This document shows positions 9,911 to 18,647 of a stretch of 64,000 bases of DNA, piece by piece; the first letter of the stretch is position 1; each line of letters starts with the position of its first letter. Made by a program: the position numbers and the translations under genes. The notes beneath the pieces are model-generated. The model did no database searches, was not told the DNA's origin, and saw only the letters and a list, made by a program, of their open reading frames with translations. Origin of the DNA: Candidatus Doudnabacteria bacterium (lineage in GTDB: Bacteria; Patescibacteriota; Doudnabacteria; UBA920); assembly GCA_031291995.1 (NCBI GenBank), contig JARLHZ010000025.1, positions 91,965 to 155,964 of the forward strand. Direction: 5' to 3'.

Positions 9911-10537
9911 TCATCTTAACGGTTCTAATATGACAACTTTCGTCCCCTCTTCGGTCAGCTCTTTCCTTTTGATTGTCAGTTTTTCCATCTCTTCCTTTTT
10001 GCCTCCCATTTCTTTAACGAATTTTTCTATGCCGTCGAGGTCTAAAATCAAATCGGACATTTTGTAATGGGAAGGAATAACAATTTTCGGATCGACTTCA
10101 TTGACCACTTTACTGGCCGCGGAAGCGGAAAGTACGGTGTTGCCGCCCACGGGCAGGATTAAAATGTCGATGTCACCGAGCTCTTCCAGTTCTTCCTGCT
10201 TGAGATTAAAATCCTTGATGTGGGTAAGGTTTAAAATCCGAATGTCTTCACTTTCAATTAAAAAGGCCGTGACATATTTGTTTTCCTGTTTAAGAGGAAT
10301 GCCGGTTATGGTCACTCCTTTAACGTCGTATTCGCCCGGGTCGGTAACGTCAAAATGCTCGCCGGAAATCCCGGACGTGGCGGAATAAAGTTTGCTGTTT
10401 TTTTCGGCCAAAATTAAAATATCGGCCGCCCCCCGCGGGGCAACCAATCCGGAATCTTTATGGAACGGATCCGTGATAATTGTGGCTTCTTTGGTAGTGA
10501 TTTTAAAGGATGAAAGTCCGAAGTATTGTATCTGCAT
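9911..10537 (-). CDS. MBL-fold metallo-hydrolase (Lactamase_B_3-like)
   Basis: 208 aa; beta-lactamase-fold pattern of His/Asp-rich segments. Confidence 0.55.
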   Translation of the reverse strand: MQIQYFGLSSFKITTKEATIITDPFHKDSGLVAPRGAADILILAEKNSKLYSATSGISGEHFDVTDPGEYDVKGVTITGIPLKQENKYVTAFLIESEDIRILNLTHIKDFNLKQEELEELGDIDILILPVGGNTVLSASAASKVVNEVDPKIVIPSHYKMSDLILDLDGIEKFVKEMGGKKEEMEKLTIKRKELTEEGTKVVILEPLR

Positions 10538-10939
10538 TAAAGAGGTTTTAGGAGTTGGTTTAATTCCTAAATGTATAGTTTATGGCTTGTCTAAAAGCTA
10601 ATATCTAATACCTAAAACCTGAAATAATTATAGCTGATTTTAACCAAAAAGAAAAGGATTTTTTAACTGAATCTAACTAAAAAATCCGGCCAATTTAAGA
10701 GCTAATTTAACTGTATGCCAAGGCTTGCCAAATCTCAAAAATTACGCTAAGATATTAGTACTTATTTGGCGTAAAGCGCTATGTGCATAAATTATTAATC
10801 CCCAAATAAGTCTTAGGTAAGCGCTTTTTAACAATTAACCAAATGCAATAAGGTTTTTAATTGAGCAACGATTAGCCGTTGTTTTTATTTTACCCGCTAA
10901 TTATGTTCAATTTTACTTAATTTTATTTAATTTTGGTCA

Positions 10940-12133
10940 ATGAAAATTATTATGCCAGAAGAAAAAACTCAAGTTATTCCCGCCGGAGCAAGTACCGCCC
11001 AGACCATGGGTGATTTGCTCGGTACAGGTGTGGAAATTAAAGTGCTCAAAGCCGGCGACATGGTGGAAGGAAAACTCATCAGCGTCGGTAAAAACGAAGT
11101 CTACGTAGACCTGGAAGGTTACGGTATCGGCGTGGTCCGCGGCCGCGAACTTTATGACGACGAAGCCACGTTGTCGGCTCTCAAGCCGGGCGACCAGATT
11201 TTTGTTTCGGTCGTGGATCCGGAAAATAAAGACGGGATTGTTGAATTGTCCTTAAGGCAGGCCGGTCAGGAGCGGGTTTGGCAGACTTTGCGCGAAAAAA
11301 TGGAAAGCAAAGAAGTTGTCCGTACTAAAATTTTGGAAGCCAACAAGGGCGGGTTGATGGTGGAAATAAACAACGTGACCGGATTTTTGCCGGTATCCCA
11401 GTTATCCTTAGACCATTATCCCCGTGTGGAAGACGGCGACAAAAACCGCATTTTGGGCGTTTTGCAAAGCTACATCGGCCAGTTATTTGATGTGCAAATA
11501 ATTACCGCCGACGCCCAGGAAGAAAAGCTGATTGTCAGCGAGAAGGCCGTATTCGAAAAAGAAATGGAAAATAAGCTCGGCCAGCTGAAAATCGGCATGG
11601 TCGTGGAAGGTACGGTTACCGGCGTAGTAGATTTTGGAGCTTTTGTGAAGTTCGGCGAACTGGAAGGCCTGGTTCATATAAGCGAGCTGGCCTGGCAGAG
11701 AATCGACAACCCCAAGGACATAATTAAAGTCGGCCAGAAAGTGACGGCCAAAGTTATTTCCATAGACAAAGGCCGTGTGTCTTTGTCCATCAAGCAGCTG
11801 CAGGAAGACCCCTGGCTGGAGGCCGTAAAGAAATACCAAATCGGCCAGCTGGTTACTGGTAAGGTCAGCAAGATAATGCCGTTTGGCGTGTTTGTGGAGC
11901 TGGATAAAGACATACAAGGGCTTTGTCACGTCATGGAGCTGTCTCACCAGGCGGTAAAAAACCCCGAGGATATTTTAAAACCGGGCCAGGAAAAAGAGTT
12001 CAAAATTATTTCCATTGAACCCGGCGAACATCGCTTGGGCTTATCGTTAAAGGCGCTAACCCCCGAACCGGAAAAGGTTTCGGTGCCCGCCGCGGAACCG
12101 GCTGTTCAGGAAACACAGGAAGAAGCCAAATAA
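10940..12133 (+). CDS. rpsA: 30S ribosomal protein S1-like (four S1 RNA-binding domains)
   Basis: Repeated S1 motifs: GKLISVGKNEVYVDLEGYGIGVV, GTVTGVVDFGAFVKFG, GKVSKIMPFGVFVELD; 397 aa. Confidence 0.75.
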   Translation: MKIIMPEEKTQVIPAGASTAQTMGDLLGTGVEIKVLKAGDMVEGKLISVGKNEVYVDLEGYGIGVVRGRELYDDEATLSALKPGDQIFVSVVDPENKDGIVELSLRQAGQERVWQTLREKMESKEVVRTKILEANKGGLMVEINNVTGFLPVSQLSLDHYPRVEDGDKNRILGVLQSYIGQLFDVQIITADAQEEKLIVSEKAVFEKEMENKLGQLKIGMVVEGTVTGVVDFGAFVKFGELEGLVHISELAWQRIDNPKDIIKVGQKVTAKVISIDKGRVSLSIKQLQEDPWLEAVKKYQIGQLVTGKVSKIMPFGVFVELDKDIQGLCHVMELSHQAVKNPEDILKPGQEKEFKIISIEPGEHRLGLSLKALTPEPEKVSVPAAEPAVQETQEEAK

Positions 12134-12146
12134 TTCGGACAAAACA

Positions 12147-12180
12147 AAACCCCTCCCGCTAAATCGGGAGGGGTTTTAAT
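12147..12180. terminator. Bidirectional intrinsic terminator between rpsA (+) and 12186..12830 (-)
   Basis: AAAACCCCTCCCG-CTAAAT-CGGGAGGGGTTTT. Confidence 0.75.
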
Positions 12181-12185
12181 ATGGA

Positions 12186-12830
12186 CTAATGTTTTTGTTC
12201 GCCGTCTTTGGATTCCATGGATGTTTCGGAAGCGGCCGCCGCGGTTTCGGTTGGTTTTTTCAAGCACATAAGCAGGATGACAATCAGCAGGTAGCTTAAT
12301 ATCCAGGAGGCGCCCAGGGCAATAAGTGAAATTTTGTTTAAGTTGGATTCGCGAATTTCAATTTCTTTTAAGGATCGGCCAACTAAAGCAAATCCGGGGG
12401 TAGCGCCGCCAAATTTGGTGACTACAACCGCTTCGCGAACTCCCGGCTTGGGTTGCCAGGTAATCCGGTCTTCGCCATGGAGATTTACGTAGTCGCTGAC
12501 ACCGGCCGGCATGCTGGGGATTTTTCCGTCAAGCACTACGGAACTGCCGATGGGTGTTCCGGTCGCGGTATAAATAATCAGGAAGCTGGACAGAGTATTG
12601 GCCAAGTCCTGTGTCGGATTGGGGGATACAATTTGATCGGGAGTGGCATTGCCGCTGGACACGGCCGAAGCAATGTCTTCCGCCACCTGGATTTGCGGGT
12701 CGTTGGCCGACATGCGATAATTTTGTTGCACCGCCAGGTTAACAAATCCGCACAAAATTAAGGCCACCAATCCGAGCGGCAGCCACAGAATAAAACCCTT
12801 ATACCATTTGTTCTTATTTTGGAACATCAT
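12186..12830 (-). CDS. Hypothetical bitopic membrane protein
   Basis: N- and C-terminal TM helices flanking a soluble domain; 214 aa. Confidence 0.5.
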   Translation of the reverse strand: MMFQNKNKWYKGFILWLPLGLVALILCGFVNLAVQQNYRMSANDPQIQVAEDIASAVSSGNATPDQIVSPNPTQDLANTLSSFLIIYTATGTPIGSSVVLDGKIPSMPAGVSDYVNLHGEDRITWQPKPGVREAVVVTKFGGATPGFALVGRSLKEIEIRESNLNKISLIALGASWILSYLLIVILLMCLKKPTETAAAASETSMESKDGEQKH

Positions 12831-12993
12831 GTGATTATTCGATAATTATAAATACGCTTTTAAGTATACACCGACTTTGGCGGTTTGGCAAAGTCGGCGC
12901 AAAATAAATCAATATGTCCCGCCATAATGGCGGGACATATTATTCGCGCAAGATTAGTTATCTACAAGCAAAACGGCAACAATAATAATGTAT

Positions 12994-13245
12994 TTATATT
13001 TTGCCGCCCCGAATGGCTCTGACAATCCATATTAGTACAACGGCTCCGAATATCGCGACCAGGAAACTGTAAAGATTAAAACCACTAACTCCCCCCTGGC
13101 CGAACAGGCTCATAATAAATCCGCCCAATATTGCGCCCACTATGCCGAGAACAATATCCATAAGCAGTCCGTCCCGGCTGCCCATAATGCTTGAGGCAAT
13201 CCACCCGGCCAATGCGCCAAAGATAATCCAAATTATTATACCCAT
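12994..13245 (-). CDS. GlsB/YeaQ/YmgE-family stress-response membrane protein
   Basis: 83 aa; GALAGWIASSIMG ... GIVGAILGGFI glycine-zipper TM pattern of this family. Confidence 0.8.
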   Translation of the reverse strand: MGIIIWIIFGALAGWIASSIMGSRDGLLMDIVLGIVGAILGGFIMSLFGQGGVSGFNLYSFLVAIFGAVVLIWIVRAIRGGKI

Positions 13246-13277
13246 AAAAGTAAGTTTAGTTTTTAATATTGCGAAGG

Positions 13278-13637
13278 CTATTTTTGCTCTTGGTTATCCA
13301 GCTTGGCCGCGGCTTCCGGCGTTGAAACGGTTTTGCCCATTAAAAATAATTTTATAATTGCCATGGCAATGAGCCAATATACAAGCATTGCTAACAATGT
13401 GGTCCATTCAAAAAGGCTGCCATTTACATCGGTAATTTTAAATACGCTTAAGAACGGAGCGGCAAACGGATAGGTAATGCCGTAAACAAAGCCGGTAAAT
13501 CCGGCGTAAGGATTGGCGCCAAAAAGTTTGAGCAAAAAACGGAAAGCCAGCAGCGCTTCCAGAAGTCCGGCAATATACCAGACAATTTGCGTGCCGCGAT
13601 ACAAAGGCTTGGTGCTTGGTGAGTTATATGAGTCCAT
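13278..13637 (-). CDS. YggT-family membrane protein
   Basis: 119 aa; two TM segments with YggT-like organisation. Confidence 0.45.
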   Translation of the reverse strand: MDSYNSPSTKPLYRGTQIVWYIAGLLEALLAFRFLLKLFGANPYAGFTGFVYGITYPFAAPFLSVFKITDVNGSLFEWTTLLAMLVYWLIAMAIIKLFLMGKTVSTPEAAAKLDNQEQK

Positions 13638-13724
13638 GAGATTTATATTGTTTAATTTTTTTTAGGACATGCGCGATTCGTCTTTTATTAAATATTTAGA
13701 TGAAACGCGTAAGTCCTATTTTTC

Positions 13725-14417
13725 TTATATTTCGGTGCCAAACACCACCAGATTATCGCTGTAGTGTCCGGAAGTTTTATTCCATGTCCCGCTGCAGGTA
13801 ATAATTCTTAAACCCGGGTAGGAAATCGCGCCATAAATTGCCTGGGTTGGAAATCGGTTTTGCGGGAATTTGGCCAGCGAGTCCACGCGGTAAGTGACCA
13901 CAGAGCCGTCCGCGCGGGTAATAAAAATTTTATCTCCCGGTTTGATATATTGCAGGCTGGCAAAAATCGCGGGACCCGACGCCGAATCCAGATGGCCGAC
14001 AATTATTGCCGCCCCGTTTTGCCCGGGTTTGGCTCCGTAAACAAACCAACCTACCCCCATATTATTTTTTGGTACGGCAATAGTGTGGTCGGGGTTTAGC
14101 CCTAAGGGTTCAAACGGAGCGCTAAGTTTTAAGCTGGGGATGCTGAGCAGGCTTGGATCCGGCGCGTTGACTGTTAAAACCTGTGGCGCCGGATGCGGTA
14201 AGAAAGCGGCGCTGGCCGGAGCCTCTTTGGTGATGTTTAATTGCAAGACCGAATTACTGGCCGCCAAGGCAAGAACCCCGACAATTAATCCGATAAAAAT
14301 CGATCTTACCGCCCAAACTGTCCAGCTTCTTTTAGAGCCCAAGACGTTTTGAACCAGCAGGTTTTCCGGAATATTATTTTTTTGAGAAGACATAGGAGAT
14401 TTTTCGGCTGGTGACAA
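13725..14417 (-). CDS. Sortase (class F-like transpeptidase)
   Basis: N-terminal TM anchor; IIVGHLDS (catalytic His), GDKIFI, LRIITCSG (TLXTC-type Cys motif), conserved Arg region. Confidence 0.8.
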   Translation of the reverse strand: MSPAEKSPMSSQKNNIPENLLVQNVLGSKRSWTVWAVRSIFIGLIVGVLALAASNSVLQLNITKEAPASAAFLPHPAPQVLTVNAPDPSLLSIPSLKLSAPFEPLGLNPDHTIAVPKNNMGVGWFVYGAKPGQNGAAIIVGHLDSASGPAIFASLQYIKPGDKIFITRADGSVVTYRVDSLAKFPQNRFPTQAIYGAISYPGLRIITCSGTWNKTSGHYSDNLVVFGTEI

Positions 14418-14480
14418 ATAAACCGGTAAAACTTAACACCAGTATAATGAATAAGATTTCCTCGGAGCTCTGCTCCGGGG

Positions 14481-15587
14481 TTATAGCAACTCCTTTGCAA
14501 CCTGCAGTTCATACCTCGCAGCTCTGCTGCGGGGTAATTGATTTTCCGCCAGCACCAAATAATTGAATGTAGAATTTTGGCCATGGCCGGCTGCGACTCC
14601 CCCGGTTGGCATATTGACCGTAGATACTACCACGGGAGCCATTGCTCCAAGCATGATGACATTGGAGAAGGTTGCACCGTTAGGGCAGGCCACAACAAAT
14701 GTCGCCGGGTCGCTTCCGACGCTGGACGGAAAAAATACCGACGAGTTGAAAGTGCTGTTGTTGTTGGTAAAGTTGTTGGATCCCGGTAAGTTGGTGATGG
14801 CGCCATTGCGTAACAAGCTAAAACTAACCGTGCCGTTTTGGTTAGTGCTTGCGTTGGCGCAGCTGCCCGAAACGGATGTGCTTTGACCCGGGAGAGGACC
14901 GGATCCGAACGCAAATAAGTTAACGGCCGGCGAACCAATATTGGTTGCGGAGGTAATTGTGTTGCCATTGGAGCAGGCTGCCTTAAAAGTTGCCTTGCCG
15001 ACCCCGGCGTTTTGGGGAATCGTTACCGAGTAGGAAAAAGTCGCGGTTTGGGTAAGGTTAGCTGTGCCTAAGGCGTAGTTGTTGCCGAAACTGTTTAGAG
15101 TTAGTACAGCGGTTCCGATGCCGTTGGATGGGCCGCACAATCCGGAAAGGTTAAAAATTCCGCCCTGGCTGGGGGTATAAGCCGGTAAGCCAAAAGAAGA
15201 GCTGGCCGGAACCGCGAAAGTCAATGTGGGGGAGTTAATAGTATCGCCGGTCCGGTTGCAGGTAGCCACCAGTGTGGCTGAACCGGCGCCGTATGAAGAA
15301 GGAAATGTAATAGTGCCGGTAAATGATCCGTTTGTATCGGTAGTCATAACGGTCGGCAAAGTGGTGGATATCCCGTTTTGGATTAAGGCCAAGCTAATGG
15401 CGCTATAGCTTGCGGCGGTACCGCAGCTGCCGGAGATATTGGTAGTGCCGCCCGATACCGGATAGACAGTGCCGACATTTAACATAGCGTTCAAAGTCGC
15501 GGCTCCCGCCAACAGAGGCAGGAATAACAACATCGCGGAAATAAGTATGATTTTTTTACCCGCGAATCGGGAAATAAAATTTTTCAT
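14481..15587 (-). CDS. Exported S/T/N/G-rich repetitive surface protein
   Basis: Signal peptide MKNFISRFAGKKIILISAMLLFLPLLAGAA (start chosen at internal ATG 15587 rather than ORF-track 15668); low-complexity body; no LPXTG or TM at predicted C-terminus. Confidence 0.55.
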   Translation of the reverse strand: MKNFISRFAGKKIILISAMLLFLPLLAGAATLNAMLNVGTVYPVSGGTTNISGSCGTAASYSAISLALIQNGISTTLPTVMTTDTNGSFTGTITFPSSYGAGSATLVATCNRTGDTINSPTLTFAVPASSSFGLPAYTPSQGGIFNLSGLCGPSNGIGTAVLTLNSFGNNYALGTANLTQTATFSYSVTIPQNAGVGKATFKAACSNGNTITSATNIGSPAVNLFAFGSGPLPGQSTSVSGSCANASTNQNGTVSFSLLRNGAITNLPGSNNFTNNNSTFNSSVFFPSSVGSDPATFVVACPNGATFSNVIMLGAMAPVVVSTVNMPTGGVAAGHGQNSTFNYLVLAENQLPRSRAARYELQVAKELL

Positions 15588-15759
15588 ATAAAATATTAAA
15601 TTAAGTATTAATCTATGGTGGGAAAGTATTTGCGGATTTATGTCTGCCTGAGGAGTGATAGGATACATATCGCTAACATATCTAAGCCTGGTTTCGTTTA
15701 ATTTTTCCGCCCGGAATTTTTTTTAACAGATTGGGCAATCCAATAGAAAAGTATATTGT

Positions 15760-16065
15760 TTAAAGCACTCCCTCCGAAATTGACCGGGCAATGCGGTTAT
15801 CGGCCCGAAGTTTGTAGTAAACTTTTTGTCCGGCCTTTTCTTTAATAAGCATATTGGCCTGCTCTAAAATTTTTAAATGTTGGGATGCAAGCGGCAGGGA
15901 AATTTTTAGGATTTTCGCTATGTCGCCGACGCTGATTCTGGACTGCTTGCCCAGCATTTCAAAAATCCGGTAGCGGTTGGTATCGCCGAGAATTTTAAAA
16001 ATCGCTCTTTGGTCGGTACCATTAAACGCGTTTCGGATTTTGTCAATTTGTTTGTCAGTCAGCAT
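15760..16065 (-). CDS. ArsR/SmtB-family transcriptional regulator
   Basis: 101 aa; HTH NRYRIFEMLGKQSRISVGDIAKILKISLPLASQHLKILEQANML. Confidence 0.8.
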   Translation of the reverse strand: MLTDKQIDKIRNAFNGTDQRAIFKILGDTNRYRIFEMLGKQSRISVGDIAKILKISLPLASQHLKILEQANMLIKEKAGQKVYYKLRADNRIARSISEGVL

Positions 16066-16175
16066 ATTGTTTATTAGTTAATAATTTTAGATTCAAATTG
16101 AGCCCTTAATTTGTTTTCCAAACTCAAACCGGCCGGAGCGGGATTCCACCGCCTTCCGGCCCGGGCTCATCCGAG

Positions 16176-16196
16176 GAACAAATTATAAATTTGTTC
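16176..16196. promoter_or_regulatory. Perfect palindrome GAACAAATT-ATA-AATTTGTTC upstream of arsR-like gene (candidate operator)
   Basis: 9-bp perfect inverted repeat with 3-nt spacer about 110 bp upstream of the ArsR start. Confidence 0.4.
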
Positions 16197-16670
16197 TGGA
16201 TGACACCAAGGATGAAGATGATACTAAAACAAAGTTACTCTAACTTTTCGGTACTTAACCGACTATGGGTCTCACGCCTTTTTATTAAAAAAACCTGAGT
16301 TTTTAAAAATAAAAGGCGTAAGGCCTAAAGGCAGTTAAACCATTGCTTATTTATTTAGCCATTAACCTCATTTGCTATTTTAAGCCTACTCCCAATTAGT
16401 AAGGCTGTATATAGTGGTAACCTCAGTTATACACTTGTTACGAGCTTTTTGGCTCCTTTAAGGCCGAATTGGATGTTTAAATACTTAATTAACTGCTTAA
16501 CTCTGCAACTAAGTGCTTCTTTACGCTTAGGTCTGGCGTAAATGTTCTAATATTGGCTTTTGGCTGTATACACAATCCATTATTGAGCCTATGCTTACTT
16601 TAGAGACCCTGTTTTGAGGTCCAACGAATTTTAATTCATCCTGCTTTGCCAAAGGCAGAGAAAGGAAAAT

Positions 16671-16754
16671 ATGAACGAAGATCCAAAGCCCACGCCGGCC
16701 ACGCCGCCGACAACCACTACCGAAACCAAACCCGCGGCTCCCGCGGTTGTGTAA
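16671..16754 (+). CDS. Small Pro/Thr-rich peptide ORF (27 codons: MNEDPKPTPATPPTTTTETKPAAPAVV)
   Basis: ATG preceded by AGAGAAAGGAAAAT (purine-rich RBS) and followed by an intrinsic terminator. Confidence 0.35.
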   Translation: MNEDPKPTPATPPTTTTETKPAAPAVV

Positions 16755-16757
16755 ATT

Positions 16758-16786
16758 AAAGCCCCTGCTAGAGCAGGGGCTTTTTG
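16758..16786 (+). terminator. Rho-independent terminator
   Basis: AAAGCCCCTGC-TAGA-GCAGGGGCTTTTT. Confidence 0.75.
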
Positions 16787-16809
16787 CTTATTATTTATCA
16801 GCTAATTTT

Positions 16810-17031
16810 ATGAATAAACAAAGCACGTTAAATTTAGCCAGAGAAATTTTTAAAATCAGGATCAGTTCCGCCAACGAAGGCGACGAGCAGGACGACGAAG
16901 TTCATAAGATGAAAATCAGGGGCATTAAATCTTATGACCCTTCGGTTATAGAAAAATGGTATTTGGAAGCCATAAAAACGGCGGAAATAATTATAAACCT
17001 GGAAGAACAATATTTAACCGCACCGAGTTAA
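16810..17031 (+). CDS. Hypothetical acidic protein (73 aa; start moved to internal ATG)
   Basis: ORF-track start 16747 lies inside the upstream terminator; internal ATG at 16810 taken instead. Confidence 0.3.
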   Translation: MNKQSTLNLAREIFKIRISSANEGDEQDDEVHKMKIRGIKSYDPSVIEKWYLEAIKTAEIIINLEEQYLTAPS

Positions 17032-17184
17032 AAAAAGAGTTTTAAAAACTTCTTGTCAGTTAGGTTTATCTAGAAGCATTTTGATATTTTTGATAAATAT
17101 TAATATCTTGTTAAGTCTGGGCGACTTTGGCGGTTTGGCAAAGCCGGTGTATAATAGGTTGAGAATAATTAACACTTATAATTT

Positions 17185-17460
17185 ATGGACAACAATATGC
17201 CCGGCGGTGCCGTACCGAGCGCCGGAGCCGGTAAGAAATTTTTGGTTTGGGTGAGTATTCTATTGGGTGTAGCATTTTTTGTAATCGGCTATATTTATGT
17301 GACCCATTCCGCGGGGAGTTTGCCTTCGTTTTTCCCCGGATACTCGGCTGGGGCGGCCGGTATCCACGCAAAACATGCCATTGCCTCATTTGTGGTGGGC
17401 ATAGCCTGTTTTATTTACGGTTGGTTTGCCTCCGGGCCAAAAGCGCCGCCTTCTACCTAA
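17185..17460 (+). CDS. Small two-TM membrane protein
   Basis: 91 aa with two hydrophobic helices. Confidence 0.4.
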   Translation: MDNNMPGGAVPSAGAGKKFLVWVSILLGVAFFVIGYIYVTHSAGSLPSFFPGYSAGAAGIHAKHAIASFVVGIACFIYGWFASGPKAPPST

Positions 17461-18313
17461 AATATAATATTATAGAGGAAATCACGCCGGCGGAAAAACA
17501 ATAGACCGCGAACGGCGTGATTTTATTTGTGCGGAAATATTTCATCAGGAATTTTACCGACAGGTAGGCGGCGACGGCGGCGGACAAAGCGCCAATAACA
17601 GTTGGTCCAACCAAGCCGCGGTTTTGCGTGGCTAATAATTCGGGAAGCTTTAAAACCGCGGCCGCGCCGATAATTGGCGTGGCTAAAAGGAAACTAAACT
17701 TGGCCGCGTCCTCGTGGGATAAGCCGACAATAAGGCCGCCCGCCATGGTACTGCCGCTGCGGGAAAAACCCGGAATGAGCGCGATTATTTGCGCCAATCC
17801 GACTTTGACGGATTGCGCCCAGCTTAGTTGGCCCAGGCGCTGGTAGGCTTGGTTCTGGTTTTGATCCTCCGGCGCTTTTCGCCTTAACAGTTCGGCGCCG
17901 TACAGCATCAACCCATTCAAAATTAACACGAACGCGGCAATGCGCGCTGAAGCAAACAGCATTTGAATTTTGTCTTTCAGCAGCAAACCTAAAATTCCGG
18001 CCGGAATAGTGCCCACAACTAACAGCCAGCCTAAGCGGGAGTAATAATCATCCCTCCGGATTTGTCTTTGCGCTAAAGACCGGCCCAGTCCCTTAATAAT
18101 TTGCCACCAATCTTTCCAAAAAAATCCGAGCAGCACAAGAGCCGTGGCAAAATGCGTGGCTACCAGGAAAGTTAAAAAAAACGGCTCGCCCTGGTTTAAG
18201 TTCCAGTTAAGCAGTTTGGGTAATATTACGGTGTGACCCAGGCTGGAAATTGGAAATAATTCCGAAATCCCCTGCGCGAGCCCAATTAGGATAGCCTGAT
18301 AGTATGTAAGCAT
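17453..18313 (-). CDS. uppP: Undecaprenyl-diphosphate phosphatase (BacA/UppP)
   Basis: LIGLAQGISELFPISSLGHTV hallmark and second conserved block PGFSRSGSTMAGGL. Confidence 0.9.
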   Translation of the reverse strand: MLTYYQAILIGLAQGISELFPISSLGHTVILPKLLNWNLNQGEPFFLTFLVATHFATALVLLGFFWKDWWQIIKGLGRSLAQRQIRRDDYYSRLGWLLVVGTIPAGILGLLLKDKIQMLFASARIAAFVLILNGLMLYGAELLRRKAPEDQNQNQAYQRLGQLSWAQSVKVGLAQIIALIPGFSRSGSTMAGGLIVGLSHEDAAKFSFLLATPIIGAAAVLKLPELLATQNRGLVGPTVIGALSAAVAAYLSVKFLMKYFRTNKITPFAVYCFSAGVISSIILYFR

Positions 18314-18647
18314 TTATCCGCCATATTTTGCCCTAAATTGCGGGGCAAATTTAAAATATTTTAACTTAACGTTACATGTTAGTTTTGTATCTCAATCCGC
18401 AAAATTTTGGCGGATGAATTGATTATATCACGATTCCGATATAAATTTAAATGTTTTGATCGTATCAGTTCACAAGCCTGAGTGAGGACGAAAATCCTGC
18501 CGATTTTCCGCAGCTTGGGGACTCCTCGTTCATCCGCCTCCGGCGGATATCACAACTCCTCCCAATCCTCGCTGCGGAAAATCGCCAGTATTTCCGTCCT
18601 CCCGGGTTTGTTCTGCTCAAGATTGTGAACTGTTAATTTTGATCGGG

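Noticed and set aside
15588-15668. N-terminal extension of the surface-protein ORF (MYPITPQADINPQILSHHRLILNLIFY...)
   Set aside because: The internal ATG at 15587 begins a canonical signal peptide (MKNFISRFAGKKIILISAMLLFLPLLAGAA). The extension has no signal-peptide character.
16090-16175. SRP RNA or RNase P RNA candidate (CCGGCCCGGGCUC and GGCCGGAAGG resemblance)
   Set aside because: There is only partial similarity to the conserved SRP domain IV (GGAAGGAAGCAGC) or RNase P P4 (GAAAGUCCGGGCUCC) strings. Other universal blocks could not be found by eye. It is left as an unresolved structured region rather than called.
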